Of a DNA stretch of 64,000 nt, positions 39,001 to 49,006 are shown in pieces. A program made the translations under genes and the position numbers. The DNA is from Phycisphaeraceae bacterium (GTDB lineage: Bacteria; Planctomycetota; Phycisphaerae; Phycisphaerales; Phycisphaeraceae), in assembly GCA_963674705.1 (NCBI GenBank), contig OY771506.1, positions 5,024,001-5,088,000 on the forward strand, written 5' to 3'. Position 1 is the first letter of the stretch. The number at the start of each line of letters is the position of its first letter. Below the pieces are notes generated by a model. The model was not told the DNA's origin, searched no databases, and worked only from the letters and a program-made list of their open reading frames with translations.

Positions 39001-40671
39001 CCGGGTAGCGCCCAGAGCCAGTGGGCTTCGCTGAGGTACGAAGACACTTTCGTCTGCCCCTACTATTCATCCTACGACCAGTTCGGCTATAGCCTCGACA
39101 GCAGCGAGCACGTGCTCGTGGTCGGCAAATTCGCCAACCCCGGCACAGCCGGCACGGGAGAAGACGTCACGATCTACACGCGAGAAGACTACAACTCGCC
39201 TTGGGAATTCTCGACCTATCTCAACGCCGAATTGATGGGTGTTTCAGGCTCTAACCTCGGCGTGACCGTTGCCACGAACGATCGGTTCGTGTTCATCGGC
39301 GCATACAACGACCAGAGCGGTCCCTTCCCATACACCGGGATGGGCGCGTTCTACATCTACGAACGCGACGATGCCAGCGGCGGATGGGTCCAACGCCTGA
39401 AAGTCAACGGTTACGAAGATGGGCTTTGGGGCGTAGGCAATGCCCTGGCAGTTAGTGGCGACACCCTCGTGGTTGGCACGCTTGCCAACACCGCTGACAA
39501 GAACGGCGTATATGTCTACCACCGGGATACCACGAACCCGGCCGGGTGGACCCGCTCGGCCATACTCAAGGGCACGACCACGGGCATTGACAAAACACGG
39601 TTCGGCTCTGATGTCGCGCTCAGCGGCGACATCATGGTGGTTAACGACCCCTGGGAAGCGCAGTCGGGCATCGGCTCCGGCACGGTCTATGTCTATCGAC
39701 GTGACGGTGCCGATCCGACCCAATGGAACCTCATCCAAAAAATACAGCCACCCCAATCAACTATCAGAGGATTCGGAAATAAAATTGAAGTGGTCGGTAA
39801 CACGATCGTGGTCAGCGACAACAATAGTAACACCTATCTCTTTGAACCCAATGCAACGAACCCGGACCAGTGGGAACTCGTTGCCGTACCCGATCTGACA
39901 GGTCTCTCCACACTGCGAGACATCGTGGTCGGCGAAAACATGATCGCCCTTGTGGGATCGCCGAACTCGCTGATCCTGTCGCGTACCCCGAACGGCGATA
40001 ACCCGTGGGACGTGGTGCAGACCGCGCCGGAGCAGTTCAGTTCCGTGATCGATGGCGAGCATCTGATCACGGGCACGCCCTATGCCGGCAACAGTGATCA
40101 AGGCGCTGTCGAATTCTATGAATTCTCCGGCGACAACCCGTGGCACTACCTGCAGGCGGCCCCCGGCCAGATCGTTTCCGGCAACGACTTCGGGATCGAA
40201 CTGCCAATCCCCATTACCGGCGACCTGAACGCGGACGGCCAGGTCGGTGTCGATGATCTGGACATCGTGCTGAATAACTGGAACCAAAGCGTCACGCCCG
40301 GCGATTGGGCTACGGGCGACCCCACCGGTGACGGCTTCGTCGGTCTTGATGATTTGGATGTCGTACTCAACAACTGGAATGTCGGCGAATCACCGGCCGC
40401 ACTGACCGGCTCGCAGGATGAGGAACTCGCCGCCGCAACCAGTGAATCGCAAGTGATCGAGACTCAGGCCCAAACCTACAGACGAACTATCCAGCCGATA
40501 CAGTCGCAGCAGACCCAGCCGCAGCAACAGATGACAGCTTCGCTCATGCAGCAAGCGACCGCACTGGCAAGTCTGCATTCCCCCACCCCTTCGGCGTTTA
40601 CCGACAGAGATTTTTCACCGGTTATCGGACTATGGGAAGCCGACGACGATTTAACGGGACCCGCCTCGTGA
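36061..40671 (+). CDS. Large surface protein: LEPRxLL motif, SdrD-B-like domains, FG-GAP-type propellers, Ig-like domain, C-terminal dockerin-like double repeat
   Basis: FEVLEPRLLLS; ISGSVWADVDKDG / INGVVWQDVNGDG; FGxxVA...GAVYIF repeats; GDLNADGQVGVDDLD / GDPTGDGFVGLDDLD. Confidence 0.85.
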   Translation: MSGWDYYKLTSFSSTQPSDTQHTPGAVFEVLEPRLLLSGSPTVQVTIDPASAIGFENTTTLLENDTTYQQQTQYDNFFFPNVVTFDFTVETDAFNGVIDLTVLSDLNGPRETVAYDIEGVVSGILFTEEDDGVRPFTATIELTDADLAIIAADGNLHIEFTPSSRVDDFAGVQEYVTVGLTYQQPVGGSISGSVWADVDKDGVRTESEPGMPSVTVFLDEDSDNALDWNDLDNDNEWDAGEGERWVTTSEDREATASINEAGSYQFSGLEAREYHVVIQPAQTFDLTNQTDYTWSDSPVRTQTLSAPEVYPAIGFGWDVAQAGGRLLVGADLPPEAGYLGGAYVYHETTDGYHLEAVLRVPENAGVDTLLPKHVALNDEWAAIAGWIKVDGAEVPAITLFHRAGSTWTWHSVVTPTGINDVSSYIDFNVALSNDAMVVSSLRSQQAWVFELQENVWTQVIELTPEGLESDYGYGRTIAFDGQTVAINAPYENDVSYLEGSLYIYERVDGVWTQTAKFAHRIGWQNVHTNLAVSGDLIVSGGSSSGHQYYNGYDYVYRKTEQGWQFEQKLISLDTVDGNNLGRSVAIVGDAIASLSPYKDETEKTTGAVYIFEHNGTEWVQTRYLTEPDLVKGDGTVSQLHAVGDTLVIAAYGHDTYMGGDGGLFFYRPGSAPVRATVTLGDQEHVVLDDVGLTQHALSIDLLPESDTGYNDSDRVTAMNNQDSASRLGFRLHGLNPGVEVTLYRDDGVAIGSGIATGYSLDLFTDGSTQLAEGLQFIEARLTLPDGQTWLTGQWIDVVIDTASPIVTFNPQSTVGLAPTLLGEVDQPDTRLWVTVDGHTLEASVNETGSWTIAAGEIPALAVGNYDVQVHAVDAAGNEMDALYENALIATASAQINGVVWQDVNGDGELDVEDKGLAGIAAYLDLNVDGLWSPGEPRQLTTADNPETPEDEAGRYTFTDLPEGDYFVRLDVLNTDYRITSPGSAQSQWASLRYEDTFVCPYYSSYDQFGYSLDSSEHVLVVGKFANPGTAGTGEDVTIYTREDYNSPWEFSTYLNAELMGVSGSNLGVTVATNDRFVFIGAYNDQSGPFPYTGMGAFYIYERDDASGGWVQRLKVNGYEDGLWGVGNALAVSGDTLVVGTLANTADKNGVYVYHRDTTNPAGWTRSAILKGTTTGIDKTRFGSDVALSGDIMVVNDPWEAQSGIGSGTVYVYRRDGADPTQWNLIQKIQPPQSTIRGFGNKIEVVGNTIVVSDNNSNTYLFEPNATNPDQWELVAVPDLTGLSTLRDIVVGENMIALVGSPNSLILSRTPNGDNPWDVVQTAPEQFSSVIDGEHLITGTPYAGNSDQGAVEFYEFSGDNPWHYLQAAPGQIVSGNDFGIELPIPITGDLNADGQVGVDDLDIVLNNWNQSVTPGDWATGDPTGDGFVGLDDLDVVLNNWNVGESPAALTGSQDEELAAATSESQVIETQAQTYRRTIQPIQSQQTQPQQQMTASLMQQATALASLHSPTPSAFTDRDFSPVIGLWEADDDLTGPAS

Positions 40672-40725
40672 ATCCTGCAGCCGATGTAATATGTAAACAA
40701 CCTCTAAAAAAAGGTTTATGCGCAT

Positions 40726-40749
40726 AAAAAAGAGCTCCGAAGAGCTCTC
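40726..40749 (-). terminator. Terminator of tRNA-Glu
   Basis: GAGAGCTC-TTCG-GAGCTCTTTTTT immediately 3' of the tRNA. Confidence 0.85.
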
Positions 40750-40752
40750 ATA

Positions 40753-40827
40753 TGACCCCTACGGGATTTGAACCCGTGTTACCAGGATGAAAACCTGGTG
40801 TCCTAGACCTGACTAGACGAAGGGGCC
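40753..40827 (-). tRNA. tRNA-Glu (TTC)
   Basis: GGCCCCTTCGTCTAGTCAGGTCTAGGACACCAGGTT-TTC-ATCCTGGTAACACGGGTTCAAATCCCGTAGGGGTCA. Confidence 0.95.
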
Positions 40828-41089
40828 AGGATCGCCAAAGTGGCGACAGACGGGGCATTCTAACGTTTGAGACGACGCTGGCAACCCAGACGGCCTCTCG
40901 TGGCCGTATTCAGGTTATTCACAATCCATTAGATACGGATATCTTTAGATTTAGGATAATCCACGGTGCCCCGATCTCTTTCTGGTCGGATGCTCATCTA
41001 TGATGTAATATTGAGGGTCTCGGTGTTGGGACCGGGGGTGTGTGTTACTGTGGCCGCGATAGTTTTTCGCCTCTAAGGATCGACTTCCT

Positions 41090-43981
41090 TTGCTGACGCT
41101 GATCGCTCTAAACGGCCAGGACAAGGGCCGCGTCTTTCAGCTCAACGGCGAAACGCCTGAGCTGCTCGGACGCCAAGCGCCCATGCTCAAGCTTGCCGAC
41201 GCGCAAACCTCCCGCAAGCATGCCGAGATCTGCCTTCAGAACAACACATGGCTGATCCGTGACCTTGGCTCGACCAACGGCACATGGGTCAACGGGCAAA
41301 AGATCACGCAGATCACCGAACTGGAAGTCGGCGACCGCATCGTGATGGGTAGACATCAGTTCCGCGTCAGCCAGATCAGCAACCTGCCCGCGCCAACCCC
41401 GCAACCCAAAACAACTCAACCCGAACCCAGGATCGGCCATGAAGAACTGGCTGATATGGGTGTCGACCTTTCCGAAAGCCTCTCGGCAGACATCCTCGAT
41501 GAGGACGGCGAACTGCCGAAGGTCGCAGAAGATGCCCTGATCGATGAATCGGCTTTGGATGATGACCTGGACATCCCACTGACCACCGCCCCCCCCGCTG
41601 CCCTCGAAGCAGCATCCGATGATGCGCTTGTCGACCTCGACGCGTTGCTGGCAGATGAAGGCGTTGACTTGGGCGCATCGGGCACATCCGCCCCGGTTAC
41701 GGATGAATCACAAGCACAGCCACAACAGACCACCGAATCTATCGAAGCACCAGAGGAAGAAGAATCCCCCGCCGCTTCACAAACGCCTGTATCACCCGAA
41801 GACGGCGTGATCGATCTCGACGCCATACTCGGTGACGACGCGGCTGTTGATCAGGCTGAAGATGTCGACGTGCCCAGCGCGGAAGCTGAGACGCCGGATA
41901 CCGAGATAGAAGACACTTCGGCACCGCAAGAAGCACCTGCGCAAGCGGTCAGCAAGCCGTCGGCCGATGATAATGTTTTTGATATCGATGAATTGCTGGG
42001 TGACGAGGTAGAAGGCGAGGCCGGCTCCGTTAGTGTGGGACACGAGCAAGGGCTTGATGTTTCAGACGATGATGAAGCCATCGACGAAGTGGAACTACCC
42101 ACCGAGCCCGAATTATCTGAGGCTGAAGCAGAACAAGAGGTGGACAGCACTGAAGCCGACGAATCAGACGATGACATCATCGATCTCGACGCACAGTTGC
42201 AGACGCCCGACCAGACCCCCGAAGTCAACGAGCCTGATTCCAGCAACGTCGATGCACTTGGCGAAGTCGAAGCCATGGACAGCCCGGCCGAGGTCGAGCC
42301 GTCCGAACCGGCCGAAGCCGAGGATCAACCGGAAACCGATGAGCCGGTCGAGAAAGATACATCCGACAGCCTGATCGACATCGATGTACTCGCAACCGCA
42401 GTACCCACCGGGACACTGGGTGATAAGCCCGACGATGCTGATATCGAGCTACCAGGCGACGACGATCTCGAAACCGAGCTGGATACCGACACCGACCAGC
42501 AACCGGATGACGCGATCGACGAGGTCCTGGGCGATCTGTCCGATGAACTGGATCAGAAGCCCGAGCCTTCTTCAGACATTCCCGATGACGTATCGGCCGA
42601 AGATTCCGCGATCGAAACACCTGTTGAAATCGAAGACGAAACAACCACTCAACAAAACCTGCAAGCAGAAGACGATGGCTTGGCCGGCATCGACAGGACA
42701 CTGCTGCTTTCAGAAAATGAACAAGCACAAGCGGTCAGCAGCTACAAGAAGTCGCGCGTCAAAATGCTTGTCATTGTGGTGATCTGCCTGGTCATTGCAG
42801 GCGTCGGTGGATTCTTCGGCTATAACTACATCAGCAGCCTGTCCGGCGCTAGCGCGCAATCGAATGATCGTAATACGGTCCCGACCAATAACCGCAACGT
42901 CGTGGATGACAACCGTCAGCCGGATGTCACACCCGCACCGCAAAGCAAGAACACGACGCCCCCGCCCACAAAGCAGACAACACCACCGCCAACCCCCGTG
43001 AAACAGGCGGATTCAACTAACGCGACTCCCAACCCGAAGAAACCGATCGCCGACCCGTTTGCCGACCTGGATGTCCCGCTGGATGGGGACCCGTTCAATC
43101 TGTCAAACGCAAAACCCGAACAGACCGCGCCGGACACAGATGCGACCGAGACACAAACACCTTCACAAGAATCCGACAACACCGCTGGTGAAAGAACTGA
43201 ACAGGCTGAACCAACCTCATTACTTGACACCACGCCAGAGCAAACGCAAGCATCCTCGGATGCGGAAACACTCGCCCTGGCAACAGGCAAACCTGAACAA
43301 CAATCTGTGTCGATCACCGAAACAGATACCGGCACCCCCAACAACGACCTGGAATTGCTGGCAGGCGTGATTGATACAACACGTTCACAAAGCGATAAAG
43401 TTAACGAGGCGGCAACCCTGCTTGGCGCAAGGAAAATCGTATACGTTGTCGATGCCTCCGGCTCGCTGGTCGACAGCTTCCCCCGCGTGCTCAAAGAGTT
43501 GGACAGTGAAGTCGCAAAACTGCTGACCCAACAGGCGTTCACCGTCATCTTCTTCGGGTCCGACGGCGTCACCGAGGTCCCGCCCGTCGGTTTGCGTTGG
43601 GCCAACGACATGAACAAGCACCACCTGCGCCGCTGGATCGCGCCGCAGACCGGCAACGTCAACGCCTGGGGCCGGGGCGATCCGTTGGAAGCCTTACGCA
43701 AAGCCTTCAGTTACCAGCCCAACGAGGTCGTGATCCTCTCGGACAACCTGATCGGCCGACAGGTCTCTCAAGAAGATGTAACGCACCTGCTCGATACGAT
43801 CGCGGAAATGTCACAAGGCAAGGTCGAGATGATCCACGTCGTGCAGTTCTTCGATCGTGACCCGCAACAGGTACTCAAGAGCATCGCCGATCGTTTCCAC
43901 GGCAACTACAACCAGGTCACCAACACCCCCTCGCCCGATGCCCAGACCGCGGTTGATGAAGACCCCTTCAAACTGCAGTGA
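41090..43981 (+). CDS. FHA domain - long acidic linker - TM helix - Pro/Thr linker - vWA-like domain protein
   Basis: GR...SRKHA...DLGSTNGTWVNG (FHA); one TM helix; IVYVVDASGS (MIDAS DxSxS); VILSD. Confidence 0.82.
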   Translation: MLTLIALNGQDKGRVFQLNGETPELLGRQAPMLKLADAQTSRKHAEICLQNNTWLIRDLGSTNGTWVNGQKITQITELEVGDRIVMGRHQFRVSQISNLPAPTPQPKTTQPEPRIGHEELADMGVDLSESLSADILDEDGELPKVAEDALIDESALDDDLDIPLTTAPPAALEAASDDALVDLDALLADEGVDLGASGTSAPVTDESQAQPQQTTESIEAPEEEESPAASQTPVSPEDGVIDLDAILGDDAAVDQAEDVDVPSAEAETPDTEIEDTSAPQEAPAQAVSKPSADDNVFDIDELLGDEVEGEAGSVSVGHEQGLDVSDDDEAIDEVELPTEPELSEAEAEQEVDSTEADESDDDIIDLDAQLQTPDQTPEVNEPDSSNVDALGEVEAMDSPAEVEPSEPAEAEDQPETDEPVEKDTSDSLIDIDVLATAVPTGTLGDKPDDADIELPGDDDLETELDTDTDQQPDDAIDEVLGDLSDELDQKPEPSSDIPDDVSAEDSAIETPVEIEDETTTQQNLQAEDDGLAGIDRTLLLSENEQAQAVSSYKKSRVKMLVIVVICLVIAGVGGFFGYNYISSLSGASAQSNDRNTVPTNNRNVVDDNRQPDVTPAPQSKNTTPPPTKQTTPPPTPVKQADSTNATPNPKKPIADPFADLDVPLDGDPFNLSNAKPEQTAPDTDATETQTPSQESDNTAGERTEQAEPTSLLDTTPEQTQASSDAETLALATGKPEQQSVSITETDTGTPNNDLELLAGVIDTTRSQSDKVNEAATLLGARKIVYVVDASGSLVDSFPRVLKELDSEVAKLLTQQAFTVIFFGSDGVTEVPPVGLRWANDMNKHHLRRWIAPQTGNVNAWGRGDPLEALRKAFSYQPNEVVILSDNLIGRQVSQEDVTHLLDTIAEMSQGKVEMIHVVQFFDRDPQQVLKSIADRFHGNYNQVTNTPSPDAQTAVDEDPFKLQ

Positions 43982-44087
43982 TCAATTCTCCGAAGACCGA
44001 TCCTCTACCACCATCACATAACAAAACGATCCCCCATGATGGGCTGGCGGCGATGTTGATATGTTTCAGTAAGCCCGGGCTGTCTGA

Positions 44088-44507
44088 TTAATCGTAACGG
44101 AAGACACCCTTACGCCAGGCATAAACAAACGCGATGAGCGTCGTCAGGACGAAGAAGAGCATCCTGGCCAGGAAGAGCGGCGTCAGCGTGTCACCTTCCT
44201 GTCCCGCGAGGTTGGGGAACGTGACCGCCCAAGGGTAGAGGAAGACGATTTCGACGTCGAACAGCAGGAACGTCATCGCGACGACGTAGAACCGCACGTT
44301 GAACCGCCGCCGGGCGTTGCCGAAGGGGTTCATGCCTGACTCGTACGCGGTGCCCTTGACCTCGCCCTTTCGTCCGGGGCCGATGATCGTGGTGAGAATC
44401 AGGTTTGCCACGCCGAAAACAATCGCCATCAGCAGCAGCACGCCCAATGCGGCATACTGGTTCAGGTCGCCTGTGGCCAGCGTCAGGATCGGGGTTGGGT
44501 CGCCCAT
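44088..44507 (-). CDS. nuoA: NADH-quinone oxidoreductase subunit A
   Basis: YESGMNP, RFNVRFYVVAMTFLLFDVEIVFLYPWA, YAWRKG. Confidence 0.93.
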   Translation of the reverse strand: MGDPTPILTLATGDLNQYAALGVLLLMAIVFGVANLILTTIIGPGRKGEVKGTAYESGMNPFGNARRRFNVRFYVVAMTFLLFDVEIVFLYPWAVTFPNLAGQEGDTLTPLFLARMLFFVLTTLIAFVYAWRKGVFRYD

Positions 44508-44702
44508 AGGCCCCACAGTGTAGTAAACCGGCCGGGACTAGCAACCGTTGAGCATATCCGGGCGATAGAGTTCGATTTTCAAGTGGCCGGGGAGGCGTAT
44601 GGAAGTTCCTCCGCCCTCCCGAGCTTTCGTTCAAGTGAATGCGTAAAATGCTGCCTCCCAGTAACCCCCCGGAATCCGACACCGCCGCTTCAGGATACCT
44701 GT

Positions 44703-45059
44703 ATGCCCGCGATCGTTACGACCATTGCGCTTTTGTTTGTCAGCAACACCTTCATGACATTTGCGTGGTATGCCCACCTCAAAGAGATGAACCATAAGCC
44801 CTGGCTCATCGCGGCGCTCGTCAGTTGGGGCGTGGCCCTGCTTGAGTACCTGTTCCAGGTCCCCGCCAACCGGATCGGCTTCACCGTCCTGTCCGTGGGC
44901 CAACTCAAGATTCTGCAGGAGGTGATCACCCTGTCGGTCTTCGTACCTTTTTCTTTCTATTACCTGAAAGAGCCGATCAAACTGGATTACCTCTGGGCAG
45001 CGATCTGCATCATGGGCGCGGTCTTCTTCGTATTCCGCAGCAAGTGGGCAGGAGCATAA
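44703..45059 (+). CDS. DMT family protein (DUF486)
   Basis: SNTFMTFAWYAHL, EYLFQVPANRIG, QLKILQEVITL. Confidence 0.9.
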   Translation: MPAIVTTIALLFVSNTFMTFAWYAHLKEMNHKPWLIAALVSWGVALLEYLFQVPANRIGFTVLSVGQLKILQEVITLSVFVPFSFYYLKEPIKLDYLWAAICIMGAVFFVFRSKWAGA

Positions 45060-45247
45060 GTCGATCGCGATCAGACTCCCATCGCTTCACAGCCCGAAGT
45101 GTTCCAAAAGCATGCCATATTGCCGTCGTGTGATTGTATGTTTAAATATTATTCGTGATTCTATTGGCGATAATTGGATAGCCAAAAAACCACGGATCGG
45201 AGCAGGCTTCGATCCGTGGCCTTGCATGTAACAGCAAAACAGCGTGA

Positions 45248-46693
45248 TTAGCGTCGCATGATCATTGATCCGAGACACCCGATCAGTAGCACCACGGTCG
45301 CGGGCTCAGGGACAGCGATAATCTGCATGGCATTGAGGTAGGCATAAGTACCCTCAATGAGATTCACATCGACAAAGACCTTGCCGTATGCATCCGGCCG
45401 GATGCCGCTGACGATGGCGACCTCATCGTCGTTGCCATCATATACCCCATCGCTACCGATATCCGGGCCTCCGGGATGCATGAGGGCGACGCCGGTGTTA
45501 TCGCCGATCACGGTGTATTCGGTGATAGGCGTCCTGAGGCTGATTCGCGAGCCAAAGAACTTGAAGTCGTAGGTGACGTTGGGATCGAGTCCCTCGATTA
45601 TGAAGCCACCGGCCATGTCATCGCTCCCCCCGCCGGGCAGGCCGTCGCCTGTGCTGAAGAAGTAATCCTCGGTAGCGGTGGCGATGGCAAGATCACCCAG
45701 CAGCGAAGGACCGGGTGAGAGCAGCCCGCCGTTGACTTTGCCGTTTAACCTGAACGAACCGGTGATCGTCAAAGTCATCCCGGTATTATTGCCGGCTGTA
45801 TCGACGAGGTTGCCAACATGTTCGCCGGCAAGTGCGGTGGCGCCCCCCTCAGCAGGAGCCCAATTGTTCCAATAGTTGCCGTTTGCATCGGGTCCGATGG
45901 TGTGATCCCCGTCGGTCGGGTTGCTCGGCCCGAAGTCGAACAAAAGGCTGTCGCCGGGCCGCATCGCGTTTGGATTCACCGTGGTGGATGCATTGGGTGC
46001 AACGATCGCTTCGAGTTGGGGCCGGATCACGGATTCCCAGAACAGGTAGCCGTCACGGTTCATGTGGATACTGTCATCAAACAATGATGTGAAGGCCGCA
46101 TCGTCATAAGGATTGAGCGTCGCAAACGCGGCGGGCAGATCGATGTAATGCAGCTTCGGATTGCTCGCGGCCATCGTGGCGATCGAACTGTTAACAGCAT
46201 CTTCAACCGACCGGTTGGATTCACGCCCGGGTGTCGGCATGATGCCCAGGTAGATAATGTCGACATCCGGCTGAGCAGTATGCACCAGGTTCACAAAGTT
46301 CTGGTAGTCGGTGAATACCTCACCGGCGGTCTCGCCGCTGTTGATATCGTTCGTGCCTTCCCAGACAACAATCGCGGATGGGTTGTATGGCAGAACGATG
46401 TCATTGACAAAAGCATTCAGGTTTTCAAACTGCGAACCACCGAAACCGCGTTGAAGAATCTGGTAGTCGTTGAATTGCCGAGTAAGCATCTCCCACCGAC
46501 GGATACTGGAACTGCCGGTAAAAAGAACCGACCCGGAGGCCGGCGGCGCAACGGCATCTTGCGCAACCCATCGGTCGATATCGGCTTGATAAGGAAGCGC
46601 TGCAACAACAGGTGAAACCTGACAGGCAAAACAAACAACCATTGATACGGCTAAAACATGCATCAAAAACGAACATATTCGGGCACGTGACAT
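45248..46693 (-). CDS. Secreted SGNH/GDSL hydrolase with C-terminal beta domain and PEP-CTERM
   Basis: FTGSSSIRRW, RGFGGS, EGTND, DSIH. Ends VPEPATVVLLIGCLGSMIMRR. Confidence 0.85.
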   Translation of the reverse strand: MSRARICSFLMHVLAVSMVVCFACQVSPVVAALPYQADIDRWVAQDAVAPPASGSVLFTGSSSIRRWEMLTRQFNDYQILQRGFGGSQFENLNAFVNDIVLPYNPSAIVVWEGTNDINSGETAGEVFTDYQNFVNLVHTAQPDVDIIYLGIMPTPGRESNRSVEDAVNSSIATMAASNPKLHYIDLPAAFATLNPYDDAAFTSLFDDSIHMNRDGYLFWESVIRPQLEAIVAPNASTTVNPNAMRPGDSLLFDFGPSNPTDGDHTIGPDANGNYWNNWAPAEGGATALAGEHVGNLVDTAGNNTGMTLTITGSFRLNGKVNGGLLSPGPSLLGDLAIATATEDYFFSTGDGLPGGGSDDMAGGFIIEGLDPNVTYDFKFFGSRISLRTPITEYTVIGDNTGVALMHPGGPDIGSDGVYDGNDDEVAIVSGIRPDAYGKVFVDVNLIEGTYAYLNAMQIIAVPEPATVVLLIGCLGSMIMRR

Positions 46694-46889
46694 CAAATAA
46701 CTCCCCAATAAAACAAGCTGGTCGCCAGAAAGGATCAATGTGTCTCGGCTGGTATCGGAAGTTTCAACGACACAGAAAAACCACTCCAGAGGATACCATG
46801 GTATCAATATGATTCTGTCATTTCTGGGTAATATATGTTCTTACATGTGCCAAATAGTCGTAAGACTAAGCCATCGAGAATGATTGTAA

Positions 46890-47978
46890 TTAAGGGTGAT
46901 TGGCTTCCTCGAGCCCGAAGTGTTCGATTAGTCTGTCGTATTCCTGCCGTGTAATAGCGATCATGCTGCCGTGGCGGACCTTGACGGGCAGGCTGTATTT
47001 ATCCCAGTTTGAAAAGAACGTGTTGCCGGAGAGTTGATACCACGGCCCGGCCAGGTCCCTGGCGGCCGACAAGCCGTAGGACACGCCGGGGTATTGTTCG
47101 TAATAGAGATACCACACCTTGCCGTCGGGCGATTGGATAAGCGTGGGCGCTTCGCGGAAGTTCGGGCTGATTGGCGCGGATGGCTGAGTATACGGCCCGA
47201 GCGCGCTGTCCGCCTGCGCGATGCGGATCGTCTTGCCCGTCACCCAATCCAGCGACGGGTAACGCTCATCCTTGATGATGGCAAAGTATCGCTCGCCCTG
47301 CTTGCGGATGATCACGTCGATCGTGGCAATGTCCCAATCAAACAGGCGCTGCGGCGGATCGGAAAATGTCTTGAGATCATTGGAAGTCAGGTAAAGCGTG
47401 CGCTGGCTGGCCCAGTAGCGCTCTGGGTCTTCGTCGGAGCCGTGGATATGCGGCGTGTGCCAGGTGAGGATGTATCGCGCATGATCCGCATCATAAAACA
47501 GCTTGGGCGCACCGATGCGTTGCAGTGCTTCGCTGTATCCGGGCGCCTTCTTGAGATCGGGTGTGACGTCGCTGTAACGCGTCCATGTGATCAAATCATC
47601 TGAGACCCAGAAGTTGATGTCAGGCGCATCATCGTTGCGGTTGCCAACGAGATAGTATCGGCCGTCATGTCCTTTGCAGATGTCGGCGTGCCCGCGATAG
47701 TCCTCACTGACACGCTTGCCCTGATTGAGTTGATGCCAATGCAAGCCATCAAGGCTGACCGAATAGTACAGCCGGCCGTAGTCGTGGTGCATCATGTGGG
47801 CGAAGAGATACGCCTCGTTGACGGGTTTTCCATACGTCACCTGCCCTGGTGGCGCAGTAGGAACCGTGATCGTCTGCGACTGCGCCAAAGCCCGCGTCCC
47901 CGACAATACGATCAACCATAGAACGAATAATCCAACAGCCGCACGCCACTTCGACTGGATTCGTGGTTCACTTTCCAT
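46890..47978 (-). CDS. Secreted five-bladed beta-propeller glycoside hydrolase (GH43-like)
   Basis: [38 protein letters not shown]. Signal peptide. Confidence 0.72.
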   Translation of the reverse strand: MESEPRIQSKWRAAVGLFVLWLIVLSGTRALAQSQTITVPTAPPGQVTYGKPVNEAYLFAHMMHHDYGRLYYSVSLDGLHWHQLNQGKRVSEDYRGHADICKGHDGRYYLVGNRNDDAPDINFWVSDDLITWTRYSDVTPDLKKAPGYSEALQRIGAPKLFYDADHARYILTWHTPHIHGSDEDPERYWASQRTLYLTSNDLKTFSDPPQRLFDWDIATIDVIIRKQGERYFAIIKDERYPSLDWVTGKTIRIAQADSALGPYTQPSAPISPNFREAPTLIQSPDGKVWYLYYEQYPGVSYGLSAARDLAGPWYQLSGNTFFSNWDKYSLPVKVRHGSMIAITRQEYDRLIEHFGLEEANHP

Positions 47979-48092
47979 GACACGTGCTCCCGCATTTGGA
48001 TAAAAGCCATATTTCACCGTAACACGCCGGCTTATTCACATCAACGCATCGCCGACTGCACCGACCCCGGCCATCACGTTATACTTTCAGCC

Positions 48093-48947
48093 ATGCGTCA
48101 ATACCTCGATTTACTTCAGCACGTTTTGGACAACGGTGCCGTCAAAGACGACCGCACCGGAACGGGCACGCGCAGTGTCTTCGGCTACCAGATGCGGTTC
48201 AACCTCGATGAGCACGCCCCCGCCCCCGGAAGTACCCCCGGAAGTGCCCCCGAAAGTGCCCCCGGAGAGTGCGGCTTTCCCCTGCTGACCACCAAGAAAT
48301 TGCACCTGCGATCCATCATCTACGAACTGCTCTGGTTCCTGCGCGGCGACACGAACATCCGCTACCTCAACGAAAACCGGGTCAGCATCTGGGACGAATG
48401 GGCCGACGAAAACGGCGACCTCGGGCCGGTCTACGGCTACCAATGGCGTAGCTGGCCGGCGCCACACGGCGGGCACGTCGACCAGATCTCGCAGGTCATC
48501 GATCAGATCAAGTACACCCCGGATTCGCGACGCATGATCGTCTGTTCGTGGAATGTGGCGCAGATCGAGAAAATGAAGCTGCCGCCCTGCCACTGCTTGT
48601 TCCAGTTCTACGTCGCCGACGGCCGGCTCTCATGCCAGCTTTATCAACGCAGCGCCGACATCTTCCTCGGCGTGCCGTTCAACATCGCAAGCTACGCGCT
48701 GCTGACCATGATGGCCGCGCAGGTCACCGGCCTGAAGCCCGGCGAGTTCATCCACACGCTCGGCGATGCACACCTGTACTCCAACCACATCGAGCAGGCA
48801 CAAGAACAACTGACGCGCGATCCCCGCCCCCTGCCGCAGATGAAACTCAACGCCGTCGTCGACGATATCTTCGGCTTCGAGTACGAAGACTTCGAACTGC
48901 AGAACTACGACCCCCACCCGCACATCAAAGCAGCAGTAGCGGTGTAA
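48093..48947 (+). CDS. thyA: Thymidylate synthase (with in-frame 12-bp tandem repeat insertion)
   Basis: [31 protein letters not shown]. Confidence 0.97.
   Translation: MRQYLDLLQHVLDNGAVKDDRTGTGTRSVFGYQMRFNLDEHAPAPGSTPGSAPESAPGECGFPLLTTKKLHLRSIIYELLWFLRGDTNIRYLNENRVSIWDEWADENGDLGPVYGYQWRSWPAPHGGHVDQISQVIDQIKYTPDSRRMIVCSWNVAQIEKMKLPPCHCLFQFYVADGRLSCQLYQRSADIFLGVPFNIASYALLTMMAAQVTGLKPGEFIHTLGDAHLYSNHIEQAQEQLTRDPRPLPQMKLNAVVDDIFGFEYEDFELQNYDPHPHIKAAVAV
48222..48269 (+). repeat. 12-bp tandem repeat x4 (GCCCCCGGAAGT) inside thyA
   Basis: GCCCCCGGAAGT ACCCCCGGAAGT GCCCCCGAAAGT GCCCCCGGAGAG, encoding [16 protein letters not shown]. Confidence 0.9.
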
Positions 48948-49006
48948 AGCCGGGTCTGGGGTCTAGTCAGAATCAAACCACGAACCACTATTCACTAACC
49001 ACCACA

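Noticed and set aside
48548..49006. 328-aa ORF suggesting an N-terminally extended DHFR or a frameshifted ThyA-DHFR fusion
   Set aside because: The extension is an off-frame read of GC-rich thyA. ThyA ends with its normal C-terminus, and no slippery site was seen.
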